A DNA stretch of 32,000 nucleotides. Origin: Xylanibacter ruminicola 23 (lineage in GTDB: Bacteria; Bacteroidota; Bacteroidia; Bacteroidales; Bacteroidaceae). The notes beneath the pieces were generated by a model, which was given only the letters and a program-made list of their open reading frames with translations, searched no databases and was not told where the DNA came from. Each line of letters begins with the position of its first letter. The stretch's first letter is position 1. Location of the stretch: assembly GCF_000025925.1 (NCBI RefSeq), contig NC_014033.1, forward strand, positions 1,350,001-1,382,000. Reading direction: 5' to 3'. The position numbers were made by a program, and so were the translations under genes. Of this stretch, positions 16,854 to 27,500 are shown one piece after another.

Positions 16854-16874
16854 AAACTTTTCACTCTTCACTAA
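16854..16874. repeat. short heptamer tract in opposite orientation (minus strand TAGTGAA GAGTGAA AAGTTTT) in the GH92-GH125 spacer
   Basis: Read directly. Positions 16857..16872 are the reverse complement of 16783..16798 at 15 of 16 positions. Confidence 0.8.
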
Positions 16875-16876
16875 AA

Positions 16877-19054
16877 TTAAGGACGATTCTTAATCTGAGT
16901 ACCCCATGCTGAAGGCTGGTTGCCCATCTCGAGTTCGAGTACACCACCCTTTACGATATCCTGGAACATCAGGTACGACTTAGCATAAGGCTTGCCGTTG
17001 AGCTTAGCACTCTGTACGTAGATATTCTCCTTGCTGTTGTTATGAGCCTTAACAGTAAATGTCTTACCGCCACCTACGTTAACCTTTGCCTCGTTGAAGA
17101 GTGGACTGCCGATGATGTACTTACCACCTGCAGGCTCTACCTGATACAGACCTAACGACGACATGACATACCAAGCCGACATCTGACCTACATCCTCGTT
17201 ACCCGACAGACCGTCGAAATCGTTGAAGTAGAGCTCACTCATGGTCTGGCGCAGCAACTTGGCAGCCTTCCAGGGCTGACCTACGTAGTTATACATATAT
17301 AATATGTGGTGACTAGGCTCGTTGCCATGTGCATACTGTCCAATCAGACCAGAGATATCGGGCGAAGCCTCGGCACCCATATCGCCACTGACGATGAAGA
17401 GTGAATCGAACTTCTCAACAAAACGCTTCTCGCTGGGGAACAAACTAACCAGTCCGTGTACATCATGAGGTACCAGCCAGGTGTACTGCCAAGCATTACC
17501 CTCGGTATAGTCGTCGGCGGTGTGTACACTCTTGAATGGATTGAATGGCTCGTGGAAACTACCATCGCTACCGCGTCCACGCATAAACAGAGTCTTGCGA
17601 TCGAAATAATGCTTATAGCCACGACTGCGGTTGTAGAAGTACTTGTAATCGGCCTTCTTACCCAACAGCTTAGCTACCTTGGCGATACAGTCGTCAGCCA
17701 GGGCATACTCCAAGCCCTTAGCCACAGTCTGGAAAGTAGAGTCCTTATCGTAAGGCAGATAGCCATACTTTTTGAGCAGATCCATACTGCGCTCATCAAG
17801 CATAGCCGATGTCTTCATCGCATTAAAGGCAGCCTCCTTATCGGTTACAAAACCTTTCAGAACCATATCGGCCAGCACAGCTGCACCGGGGTTACCCACC
17901 ATACAGTCGGTCTCGTTACCCATCAGGTGCCATACAGGCAGCTTGCCCTGCTGCTCGAAGATGTGCTGGAAGGTGGCAGCCATATCCTTCTGTTTCTCAG
18001 GATGAATCAGTGTCATCAAAGGATGAGCTGCACGATAGGTATCCCAGAGCGAGAAGGTGGTATAGTTGGTAAAGTCGCCATGATGCACCTTACCATCGGC
18101 ACCACGGTAGTTGCCTGTAACATCGCTGAACACCGATGGTGCAGTCATGGTGTGATAAAGGGCTGTATAGAAGATGGTACGAACGGTCTCATCGTCGGTA
18201 TCTACATCAATCTTACCCAGCTCGTCGTTCCATGCCTGATTAGCAGCAGCTACGGTAGCCTTGAAATCCCAACCTGGCAGCTCGGCCTTGAGGTTAGCCT
18301 TGGCATCCTCGACACTTACTGCCGAGATGGCACATTTTACCATCACTGGCTTTGAGATATCCTCGAAGGTAAGCACCATGATAGAGTCGCCTACCTGCTT
18401 CTTCACTTTTACAGGGGTTGAGAACTCGGCTGCAAAGAACACATGCTGATTGCGGGCCCAACCCGACGACTGACGGAAGCCGGTAACCATGGTAGGACTC
18501 TCAACAGAAAAACCGCTCTTACGCCAGTTGTCCCAACCGGTACCCTGTCGCAAATCGATACGCAGCATACCTTTATGATTGTCGGCACCGAATGTATAAC
18601 GGTGGAAACCAACGCGTTTAGTTGCAGTGAGCTCAACAAATACATTAGGCTGCTGCAAACGAATGGCATAGTAACCAGGACGAACCGACTCGTTGGCATG
18701 TGAGAACTTAGTCTCGGTAGCGCTGCAATGAGCCACTGGCAGGAAACCGATATCACCCAGATCGCCGATACCCGTACCACTCAGGTGGGTATGACCAAAA
18801 CCTACCAGTACCGAATCGCTGATGTGATAGCCCGAACACCAGTCCCATCCATGGGTGTGCTCTGTGGGGCCGAGCTGTATCACGCCAAAGGGTACGTTTG
18901 CACCCAAGAATACGTGACCGTGACCTCCGGTACCAATCCAGGGATTAACATAATTAGTAAACTCGTTTTTGTGTTGGCAAGCATCTGCCGCCATAACCTG
19001 ACCAGACACTGCAGTCATGGTCAACGCCAGAATAAATTTATTTAAGCATTTCAT
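16877..19054 (-). CDS. GH92 alpha-mannosidase
   Basis: 725 aa with a signal peptide. Motifs NPWIGTGGHGHVFLGANVPFGVIQLGP, WDTYRAAHPL and HGNEPSHHILYMY are typical of GH92. Confidence 0.9.
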   Translation of the reverse strand: MKCLNKFILALTMTAVSGQVMAADACQHKNEFTNYVNPWIGTGGHGHVFLGANVPFGVIQLGPTEHTHGWDWCSGYHISDSVLVGFGHTHLSGTGIGDLGDIGFLPVAHCSATETKFSHANESVRPGYYAIRLQQPNVFVELTATKRVGFHRYTFGADNHKGMLRIDLRQGTGWDNWRKSGFSVESPTMVTGFRQSSGWARNQHVFFAAEFSTPVKVKKQVGDSIMVLTFEDISKPVMVKCAISAVSVEDAKANLKAELPGWDFKATVAAANQAWNDELGKIDVDTDDETVRTIFYTALYHTMTAPSVFSDVTGNYRGADGKVHHGDFTNYTTFSLWDTYRAAHPLMTLIHPEKQKDMAATFQHIFEQQGKLPVWHLMGNETDCMVGNPGAAVLADMVLKGFVTDKEAAFNAMKTSAMLDERSMDLLKKYGYLPYDKDSTFQTVAKGLEYALADDCIAKVAKLLGKKADYKYFYNRSRGYKHYFDRKTLFMRGRGSDGSFHEPFNPFKSVHTADDYTEGNAWQYTWLVPHDVHGLVSLFPSEKRFVEKFDSLFIVSGDMGAEASPDISGLIGQYAHGNEPSHHILYMYNYVGQPWKAAKLLRQTMSELYFNDFDGLSGNEDVGQMSAWYVMSSLGLYQVEPAGGKYIIGSPLFNEAKVNVGGGKTFTVKAHNNSKENIYVQSAKLNGKPYAKSYLMFQDIVKGGVLELEMGNQPSAWGTQIKNRP

Positions 19055-19085
19055 AATTTAAATAGGTATATTAGCAATTCGCTTA

Positions 19086-19093
19086 CAAAATTA
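19086..19093 (-). promoter_or_regulatory. candidate -7 promoter box (TAATTTTG on minus strand) for GH92-GH125
   Basis: Exact TAnnTTTG match 31 nt upstream of ATG 19054. Confidence 0.4.
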
Positions 19094-19141
19094 TAAAATA
19101 GTGTACGATAACAGAACAAAATGCAAGATTATTATATGAAT

Positions 19142-19161
19142 TTAACCTAAATTAACCTAAA
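19142..19161 (+). repeat. perfect tandem direct repeat TTAACCTAAA x2 in the divergent PUL promoter region
   Basis: Read directly. Lies 28 nt upstream of the susC -7 box. Confidence 0.85.
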
Positions 19162-19188
19162 AGTCTTGCTAGTTTGTATAATTATGTT

Positions 19189-19196
19189 TAGATTTG
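19189..19196 (+). promoter_or_regulatory. candidate -7 promoter box (TAGATTTG) for susC/susD
   Basis: Exact TAnnTTTG match 50 nt upstream of ATG 19246. Confidence 0.45.
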
Positions 19197-19245
19197 CACC
19201 GTTTTTATAACTATAATTACTATTCAATTAATTAAAACCAACAAC

Positions 19246-22200
19246 ATGAAAATGGGAAATTACTTTCTTAGCTCTCACATGAGAGCGTGTATGATGGCCA
19301 TTTGTCTGCTTTTTGCAGCAGTTGTCAATGCACAGAATGTTACGGTTAAGGGAAGTGTTCTCGACACTAAGGGTGACCCGATTATCGGAGCCACCATTAA
19401 GGCCGAAGGCACCCAAACCGGAACGGTTACTAACTATGATGGCGACTTCACCATCTCTTGTCGCAATGGTGCTACACTTAACGTTAGCTACATTGGCTTT
19501 GCCCCAAAACAGGTAAAAGCCGAGACAGGCAAAGTTCTCAAAATTGTTCTTGAGGAAGAAGCTACTACCCTGAACGAGGTGGTTGTAACAGCTCTTGGTA
19601 TCAAGAAAGACCAGAAGAAACTGGGTTACGCCATCAGCTCGATCAACAGTGATGAGCTGATCAAGACTGGTGCTTCTAACTTCGCATCAGCCCTGTATGG
19701 TAAGGCTCCTGGTGTTCGCATCCAGTCGGCTCCTGGTGGTAACACATCTGCTGTATCTATTTCGGTACGTGGTATGTCGTCAATCACCGGTAACACCCAG
19801 CCTCTCATCGTTATGGACGGTGTGCCCATCCACAATGGTAACACCAATAACGAGGGCTACTGGGACAACCAGCGTATCCGCTCTAACGGTCTGATCGACA
19901 TCAACCCCGAGGATATCGAGAACATCTCAATCCTGAAGGGTGCTGCCGCTTCTGCACTGTATGGTTCAGAGGCTGCCAACGGTGTTGTGATGATCACCAC
20001 CAAGAAGGCTGCCAAGGGTACAGGTACACGTGTTGACTTCAGCGCTAACGTTAGCTGGGATAAGATTGCCTACATGCCTGACATGCAGACAGAGTTCGGT
20101 CCTGGTTTTGACAACTGGGCATATGGTAGCAACAAGGATCCAGAAGCCTTAACAGGTTTCAACACATCGAGATTCGATCGAAATGGAAATTCGATTGTTA
20201 CACCTGCACAGGCTCGTTATTATTCGTATGGTCCACGCTACGATGGCAGAGAGGTAACCTATTTCGATGGTACCAAGCGTCCATACGCACCTATCGGTGG
20301 CAACCAGTGGAACGAGGTATTCCGCACTGGTTTCAACCAGAACTACAACGTAGCCATCACCAACAGCTCTGAGCGTAGCAACATCCGCTTCTCGTACAAC
20401 TTCAACGATTCGAAGCCCATGCAGTATAACTCTGCAAAGCACAACTTCAACCTGAATGGTACATTCGATATCACCAATACCATCAAGTTGAACTACACCG
20501 CTACTTATCAGAAGCAGTACATCAAGAACCGTCCTTATCGTATCAGCCGTATCGTACAGAACTACAGTGGTATGTTTGGTAGTTTCACTGATGTAAAGTA
20601 CATCCGTGAGCACACCATGACCAGCCTGGGCTATATGAATAGCGTTTATGCAGCTAACGGCGGTACCACCAACACACTGACTCCCGACGAACAGTTCCTC
20701 TACACCCCAATGGGTTCTACATCGCTGATTAGCGAGTACTTCTGGAATATCTTGGGTAAGGAGCAGATCGAGGATCACCAGCGTTTCATCGGTAGCATCA
20801 ACCCAACATGGGAGATTATCCCTGGACTGACTCTGGGTGCACGTATCGCTACCGACCTGACATCGGATAAGATTGAGAACATGAACCGCGCAGAGAATGC
20901 TCACATCTTCTCTACCAACGGACAGTATAGCGATGCTTACGCACTGGAGAACAGCAAGTACGAGATTGTTTACGGTGACGTGATGCTGAGCTTCGACAAG
21001 ACATTTGCTGACATCCACAACGTACAGGCTAACTTCGGTTACAACGCACGTCAGGAGACATACTACATGTCAAGCGTTAGCACCAGTCAGGGTCTGAGCC
21101 AGGAGAACTGGTTTAACCTCGCTGCATCTGTAGGTACTAAGAATGCCAACATGAACAAGCAGGACCTGCTACGCACAGGTATGTTCCTGACCGCCAGCTA
21201 CGGCTTCGACAACTGGGCATACATCGAGGGTACTATCCGCAATGAGAAGACTTCTACCCTGAAGAAGGGCAACAACTCTTTCTGGTATCCATCAGCCAGT
21301 GCCAGCATCCTCTTCACAGAGCTGATGAAGGACAACAAGCCTTCTTGGTACGACTATGGTAAGATTCGCGCTTCTTACGGTATCGTAGGTAACGCTCCTG
21401 AGATTTACCGCGCTAACTTGGCATACAGCCAGGGTAACCTGCAGCACGGCGACAACTATGTATATAACTACATGGGAACATCAGTAGGTAACGAGAGCAT
21501 CAAGCCTGAGAAGAAGTACGAGTTCGAGATTGGTCTCGAGAGCAAGTTCTTCAACAACCGCTTAGGTTTCGAGTTCTCTTACTACCATAATGATATCAAG
21601 GACCAGATTCTGCAGACTACTTCTGCCTACTCTATGGGTGCTCAGAGCATGCTAATGAACGTAGGTGAGCTGACTAACTCAGGTGCTGAGTTCAGTATTT
21701 ATGGAACTCCATTCATGAATAAGGACTGGCGTGTTGACCTGCGTGCTAACATCGCTGTTAATAAAAATAAGGTAAAGAAACTGGCCGACGGTCTGGATGT
21801 TCTTTCTCATGCTAACTGGGATAATGGTGCTGCAACCCTCGAATCGCATGTTGGCGAACCTATGGGCGACTTCTACACATACACTTGGAAGACCGACGAG
21901 AACGGTAACCGTATCGTAGGCGAGGATGGTTTGTACATCACCGATACTTCTGAGCGTCATAAGGTAGGTAACGCTATGCCTGATGCCGTTGGTGGATTCG
22001 CTGCTTCGGTAAGCTATAAGAACTTCACACTGGATATGAGCTTCGACTACCGTATCGGTGGCGACGTTATCAACCAGCCTTGGCAGTACTACATGGATAC
22101 CGGTATCATCAAGGACGCTGTTGGTGCTCGTGACTACCAGAGCGGTGGTATCTTCTACTACAGCACTACCGAGAGTGTTGACGATAAGGCCAGCATCGTA

Positions 22201-22653
22201 CGTGTTGATCCTTCACAGGTTCCTAACTACCAGCGTGGTGTAACCATGATCGATGGTCACTATGTATGGGATAACGGTGTTATCCAGCCAGGTGTTAAGG
22301 AGGACGGAACTCCTAACGACATCATCACCACTCAGTTTGCTATCAACGATATGCAGTACGGTTGGGGTACCAGCGCTACTCAGAGCTATCAGGAGGCTAT
22401 CCAGAAGAACAGCTACGTGAAGTGTCGTGAGATCAGCCTGTCATATCAGCTGCCTACCCAGTGGACCAAGCGTTTCGGATGCAGCAACCTCACAGTATCT
22501 GCATTTGCACGTAACCCATTCTATCTCTATCGCACACTGAAGTTGTTCGATTCTGAGACTACTGATGGTACTAACTGGATCTATCAGGCACAGGTTGGTG
22601 GTTCAACTGCCAGCGCACGCACATTCGGTGTTTCACTCCGTGCAAGCTTCTAA
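19246..22653 (+). CDS. susC: SusC/RagA-family TonB-dependent outer-membrane transporter
   Basis: 1135 aa. Signal peptide, then a carboxypeptidase-regulatory-like domain (VTVKGSVLDTKGDPIIGATIKAEG...YDGDFTI) and a plug region (LNEVVVTALGIKK). C-terminal residue is F. A susD-like gene follows directly. No N-terminal STN/anti-sigma domain seen. Confidence 0.93.
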   Translation: MKMGNYFLSSHMRACMMAICLLFAAVVNAQNVTVKGSVLDTKGDPIIGATIKAEGTQTGTVTNYDGDFTISCRNGATLNVSYIGFAPKQVKAETGKVLKIVLEEEATTLNEVVVTALGIKKDQKKLGYAISSINSDELIKTGASNFASALYGKAPGVRIQSAPGGNTSAVSISVRGMSSITGNTQPLIVMDGVPIHNGNTNNEGYWDNQRIRSNGLIDINPEDIENISILKGAAASALYGSEAANGVVMITTKKAAKGTGTRVDFSANVSWDKIAYMPDMQTEFGPGFDNWAYGSNKDPEALTGFNTSRFDRNGNSIVTPAQARYYSYGPRYDGREVTYFDGTKRPYAPIGGNQWNEVFRTGFNQNYNVAITNSSERSNIRFSYNFNDSKPMQYNSAKHNFNLNGTFDITNTIKLNYTATYQKQYIKNRPYRISRIVQNYSGMFGSFTDVKYIREHTMTSLGYMNSVYAANGGTTNTLTPDEQFLYTPMGSTSLISEYFWNILGKEQIEDHQRFIGSINPTWEIIPGLTLGARIATDLTSDKIENMNRAENAHIFSTNGQYSDAYALENSKYEIVYGDVMLSFDKTFADIHNVQANFGYNARQETYYMSSVSTSQGLSQENWFNLAASVGTKNANMNKQDLLRTGMFLTASYGFDNWAYIEGTIRNEKTSTLKKGNNSFWYPSASASILFTELMKDNKPSWYDYGKIRASYGIVGNAPEIYRANLAYSQGNLQHGDNYVYNYMGTSVGNESIKPEKKYEFEIGLESKFFNNRLGFEFSYYHNDIKDQILQTTSAYSMGAQSMLMNVGELTNSGAEFSIYGTPFMNKDWRVDLRANIAVNKNKVKKLADGLDVLSHANWDNGAATLESHVGEPMGDFYTYTWKTDENGNRIVGEDGLYITDTSERHKVGNAMPDAVGGFAASVSYKNFTLDMSFDYRIGGDVINQPWQYYMDTGIIKDAVGARDYQSGGIFYYSTTESVDDKASIVRVDPSQVPNYQRGVTMIDGHYVWDNGVIQPGVKEDGTPNDIITTQFAINDMQYGWGTSATQSYQEAIQKNSYVKCREISLSYQLPTQWTKRFGCSNLTVSAFARNPFYLYRTLKLFDSETTDGTNWIYQAQVGGSTASARTFGVSLRASF

Positions 22654-22702
22654 TAGATGGTGCAATAGAACATTTGAAACTAACTAAAAGATTATAAGAT
22701 TT

Positions 22703-24418
22703 ATGAAAAAGATATTTTTTACAGTCTTTGCCGCAGTGGGAATGATGTCTCTCGTATCTTGCTCTGATTCGGACTTCAACGAGAAGTATGCAGATCCATC
22801 AAAGACAACAACAGTAAGCGTTCCACAGGTGTTCACCGGCGTGCTTGATGCCGGTAACCGCTGGATGAACCTTGATTATTGGCGCTATTACACACAGTCA
22901 AGCACTTCTGGCTGCTTCTCAGGTGTAATTGGTAATGCTAATGGCCGCGGTCGTTTCCGTGGTGCCAGCGAGGGATACTTCAATATCCGTTGGCAGGATT
23001 TCTATAACATGCTAACTCAGTATCGTGTGCTGGAGGATACATACAACAACCTCTCCGACGACGAGAAAGAGGCTAACAAGATTTTCTTACTCCTGGGTCG
23101 TACCATCATGCAGGCTCAGCTCCACGAGGTACTCTCTATCTGGGGAGATGCCCCCTACTCTGGTGCTGGCACACTGTGGAAGACTGGTGACTATGATGGC
23201 GCTAAGAAATCTGCCAAGTACGACGACGACGTACAGATCTACAAGCAGATTCTGTCTGACCTGAAGGAGGCTGGCGACTTCTTTGCCGCTGGCAACCTGA
23301 ATGCCGCAGGTGTTGCTGCTCTGAAGCGTCAGGACTTCAGCTCTGCAGCTGGTTCTGTTGACATCTGGCAGCGTTATGTAAACTCACTCCGTCTGCGCAT
23401 CGCCCTGCACCTGGCTACCAATGGTGACCTGGTTGCTGAGGCAAAGAGCGCTATCCAGGAGTTGCTGAGTAATCCTACTCAGTATCCTCTGATTGAGAAC
23501 AATAGTCAGAACATCGGTGTGAACGGTGATACTGCAACTGATCACTTCAACTATGGTAAGGGTGTTTCTCAGGCTCTGGCAGGTAGCTCAATGGCTGCTG
23601 GTTCACAGGCTATGCTCGACGCCATGAACGTTCCTGCTAACGGTGTGCCCGATGAGAACACTGACCCACGTCTGGCTGCTGTTTATGACTGCAACCCAGA
23701 CGACGCTTATATTGCTTACGATAACTCACTCACAAGCAACGAAATCGACAACATCGCCGAAGAGAAGAATAAGGAGTATGTTGAGCGTGGTATCACCACC
23801 TCTAACTACTACTGCCGCATTGACACCATCGCCTTCACTGGTTGGGCTGCTTATCAGGGTAACGCCAACTTGAACGGCACTTGGATCAATGCTGCCGAGG
23901 TTGCACTGAGCAAGGCCGAGGCTTACCTGATGGGTTACGGTGTAGCTGCCAACGAGGCTGCTGCTAAGGAGAACTTCATCAAGGGTGTAGTACTCTCTAA
24001 CGAATACTACTGGAACATGAAGACCACTTCTTCACTCTACGTGGAGGGTAACGACTCTTATCGTGGTTTCCGTGCACTCACTGTTCCTACAACTGCCGAC
24101 TTCGAGGCTTATGCCAACAAGATCTGGAAGGCCACTCAGGAGTGTGTAGCTACTCAGCTCTGGCTGAACTTCAGCTTCCTGAACGAGCTCGAGGCTTGGA
24201 ACGTGAACCGTCGTACTGGATTCCCCAACGTGAAGTTTGCTAAGGACACCCAGATGGCTGACTATCCTACTCCTCCAAACCGTCTGCCTTACCCAAGCGA
24301 CGAGTTGAACTTCAACAAGGACAACTGCGAGGCTGCTAAGGCTATCAACTACTCAGAGAGCACTGGTTACTACACTAACCTGTTCTGGGCTAAGCAGACC
24401 TACTACTCACTCTATTAA
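22703..24418 (+). CDS. susD: SusD/RagB-family nutrient-binding outer-membrane lipoprotein
   Basis: 571 aa. Lipoprotein signal MKKIFFTVFAAVGMMSLVSC. Directly downstream of susC. Length and TPR-like helical N-terminal half are typical. Confidence 0.88.
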   Translation: MKKIFFTVFAAVGMMSLVSCSDSDFNEKYADPSKTTTVSVPQVFTGVLDAGNRWMNLDYWRYYTQSSTSGCFSGVIGNANGRGRFRGASEGYFNIRWQDFYNMLTQYRVLEDTYNNLSDDEKEANKIFLLLGRTIMQAQLHEVLSIWGDAPYSGAGTLWKTGDYDGAKKSAKYDDDVQIYKQILSDLKEAGDFFAAGNLNAAGVAALKRQDFSSAAGSVDIWQRYVNSLRLRIALHLATNGDLVAEAKSAIQELLSNPTQYPLIENNSQNIGVNGDTATDHFNYGKGVSQALAGSSMAAGSQAMLDAMNVPANGVPDENTDPRLAAVYDCNPDDAYIAYDNSLTSNEIDNIAEEKNKEYVERGITTSNYYCRIDTIAFTGWAAYQGNANLNGTWINAAEVALSKAEAYLMGYGVAANEAAAKENFIKGVVLSNEYYWNMKTTSSLYVEGNDSYRGFRALTVPTTADFEAYANKIWKATQECVATQLWLNFSFLNELEAWNVNRRTGFPNVKFAKDTQMADYPTPPNRLPYPSDELNFNKDNCEAAKAINYSESTGYYTNLFWAKQTYYSLY

Positions 24419-24442
24419 AAAATAGGCTGAAACACAATAATG

Positions 24443-24476
24443 ATCCCGAGACCCTTTGCGGGTTTCGGGATTTTTG
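24443..24476 (+). terminator. intrinsic terminator after susD
   Basis: 12-bp stem ATCCCGAGACCC (24443..24454) / GGGTTTCGGGAT (24460..24471) with one G-U pair and a 5-nt loop, followed by TTTTGTTT. Confidence 0.7.
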
Positions 24477-24478
24477 TT

Positions 24479-24486
24479 TATCTTTG
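24479..24486 (+). promoter_or_regulatory. candidate -7 promoter box (TATCTTTG) for the GH18-GH78 gene
   Basis: Exact TAnnTTTG match 24 nt upstream of ATG 24510. The TTTG at 24455..24458 is at a plausible -33 distance. Confidence 0.45.
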
Positions 24487-24509
24487 CAGCGATAAACCCA
24501 AAAACAAAA

Positions 24510-27500
24510 ATGAAAAGACTACTTTTACTATTTATCGGACTGATGGCCTTCTGGCATGCTGATGCCGGAAAGCAAGTAATGAATCGTGTGGTGGTGGCTT
24601 ACGTCACCGCAGGTACTAACGACGTTCCAGACCCTACGTTGATGACCCACATCAACTATGCATTCGGAACAGTCAACAAAACATTTAATGGTGTAGATAT
24701 CCAGAAGCCAGAACGCCTACGGGTGATTGCTGGTTTGAAACAGCAGAACCCCGACTTAAAAGTGCTGCTGTCGATTGGTGGATGGACAGCAGGACGATTC
24801 AGCGAAATGGCTGCCACCAAACAGAACCGCGCTGCCTTTGCCAAGGACTGCAAACGCATTGTAGATGAGTTCGGACTGGATGGTATCGATATCGACTGGG
24901 AATACCCGTCATCAAGCGAGGCTGGTATCTCGTCATCACCCCACGATATCGATAACTTTACACTGCTGATGAAGGAACTGCGCCGTGTGTTAGGAAAACA
25001 GAAACTGCTTACCATCGCCACCATCTGCACCGCAAAGTATATCGACTTTAAGAAATGTCTGCCTTATCTCGACTTGGTGAATGTGATGTCGTATGATATG
25101 AGCGATCCCAATAAGGCACACCATGCTGCCCTCTACCCCTCGCCTATCTCAGGTTACTGCACCGGCTCTGAAGCTGTCGAGGCACACCTGAAGGCTGGTG
25201 TTCCCAAGGAGAAGCTGGTGATGGGAATGCCTTTCTACCAAAAAGGCAGAAGACAGGACGCTGGTGTTGACGAATATCTGCGTACGGGTATCCTGCCCGT
25301 TGGCTACACACGTCAGTGGAGCGATGTGGCACAAGCCGATTATATTGCCAACGAAAAGGGCGAGTTTGTATGGGCTTACGAAACCACACGTTCGTTAGGT
25401 GCCATCTGTCAGTATATCCTGGATAACAACCTGTGTGGCGGTATGTACTGGGAATACTCGAACGACAGAACGGGTGAGTTCAGTTCGCTGCTGAGTAAAA
25501 TGCTATTAGAGCAGTCCACCACTGTAGGCCATAAAACCGCAGCCCTTAACACATCAGCCTGGCAGAATACCGAATGGATTTCGGTTGTGAATGCCCCTAT
25601 AGTAACAGGCCGTGCCGACCAGGTGATTCGTGCTGCAGATGGCGCTAACTGGTTTGTATCTACCATCAAAAACGAAAAGCCCGTAACCCAAGCTAAATGG
25701 ATGACAACGGGATTAGGTGTGTTTGAACTTTACCTGAACGGACAACCTGTAGGCGACGAAATCCTGAAGCCCGGATTTACACACTACGCCAAAACCAAGC
25801 GTTCGTTTACTTACGATATCACCGAGGCTTTCCAGAAGCAGACTGGTAACGAGAATGTACTCTCGGCTCAGGTCACACCGGGCTGGTGGGCTGATAAGAT
25901 TATCACTCCAGGCGATCACGAAGGTATGATTGGTAAGAAGTGTGCCTTCCGTGGTGTATTGGAACTGACATTTGCCGATGGCACCAAACAGTACTACGGC
26001 ACCAACTGCAAGGATTGGAAAGCAGGTATTGCAGGTCAGGTAAAGCACGCCGGTATATTTGATGGCGAGGCTTTTGATGCCCGCGAACTGCCTGGATTTG
26101 CTACCCCTGAAAAACTCTCAACTCCCGAGGTAAATAGCGAGTTTACTGGCGAGATTGTACCATCCGATGGTGCTGAGGTTTATCTGCGTCGCGACTTGGC
26201 ATTACGCCCCGCCATGGCCTATATCTGGCAAGGTGTAACCGGCGAGAAGCAAGCCGCCGACAAGAAGGATATCGAATATGGTAAGGTTACCATCAAACGC
26301 AACTATGCCCTGGGCGAAACCATCACTCTGAATCCTGGCGAAACGCTGGTTGTAGATTTCGGACAGAATACATCAGGTGTACCATGCTTCAGCTTTAAAG
26401 CCAACGAAGGTACTACCCTGACTTGTCTGCCAGCAGAAATCCTGAACGATGGCAACGGTGCCGAGCGCCGTGGCATGGACGGACCAGAAGGTAGCGTGCA
26501 TCGTCGCAACCTGCGTATCCAGAACACCGGTATCCGCATCGATTACACCTTTGCCAACAACCCCAGCTTTGTAAGCTACTATCCCCACTGCACCTTCTTT
26601 GGCTACCGTTACATCTCGGTAACCGCTACCGATAAGGTAGAGATTCAACGCGTTGAATCACTGCCTGTAACCAGCATAGCCAAAGGTCTGGAAATAGGTA
26701 AAATCACCACAGGTAACGACCTGATTAACAAGCTGATTTCGAACACCGTTTGGGGCCAGCGCTCTAACTATCTCTCGGTTCCTACCGACTGTCCGCAGCG
26801 CGATGAGCGATTAGGTTGGATGGCTGATACTCAAGTGTTTACCGAAGCCGGTTCGTTCTTTGCTAATACCGACGGATTCTTCCATAAATGGACCCGCGAT
26901 GTACGCGACTCACAGAGTGCTACAGGTGGATTCCCAGGCGTATCGCCTATTGCCCAGTATGGTAATGAGATGATGCGTTTGGGTTGGGCCGATGCCGGTG
27001 TGATTGTGCCATGGACAGTATGGAAGCAGTTTGGCGATAAAGCCATCGTAGATGAGAACTGGGAAGCGATGGAACGCTTCATGAATCACATCAACGAGGT
27101 GAAATACAACCACGAGGCACTCGTAAAAGAGAATGGCAACTACCAATGGGCCGACTGGCTGAGCTGCGAGGCTTTGGAGACTTGTATTAACCTCGCTTTC
27201 GACGAGAACTGGAAGCCACGTCCCGATGCCATTGCCTACTGGAATTACCTGAGTGCCTGCTACTGGCAGATTGATGCCGAGATGATGCGTGACATGGCAC
27301 TGGCAACAGGTCGCGATGCCTCGAAATACCAGCAGATGGCAGAGGCTGCCCAGACCTATCTGAAGCAGCAGTTCCTGAATCAGAATGGTACCTTTAAGAC
27401 TGCCGTACTGAACACCATGCAAACCCCTGCCCTGTTTGCCTTGAAGAACCGTCTGGTAGATGGTGCTGCCAAGGAGCGTATGATTCAGCGCCTGCGCCAG

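Noticed and set aside
16850-16864. GTG-start extension of the GH125 ORF
   Set aside because: The first ATG is at 16849. The extension lies within the heptamer and stop-rich spacer.
24456-24509. Upstream extension of the GH18-GH78 ORF
   Set aside because: Its TTG start lies inside the susD terminator hairpin and upstream of the -7 box. The ATG at 24510 gives a normal signal peptide.
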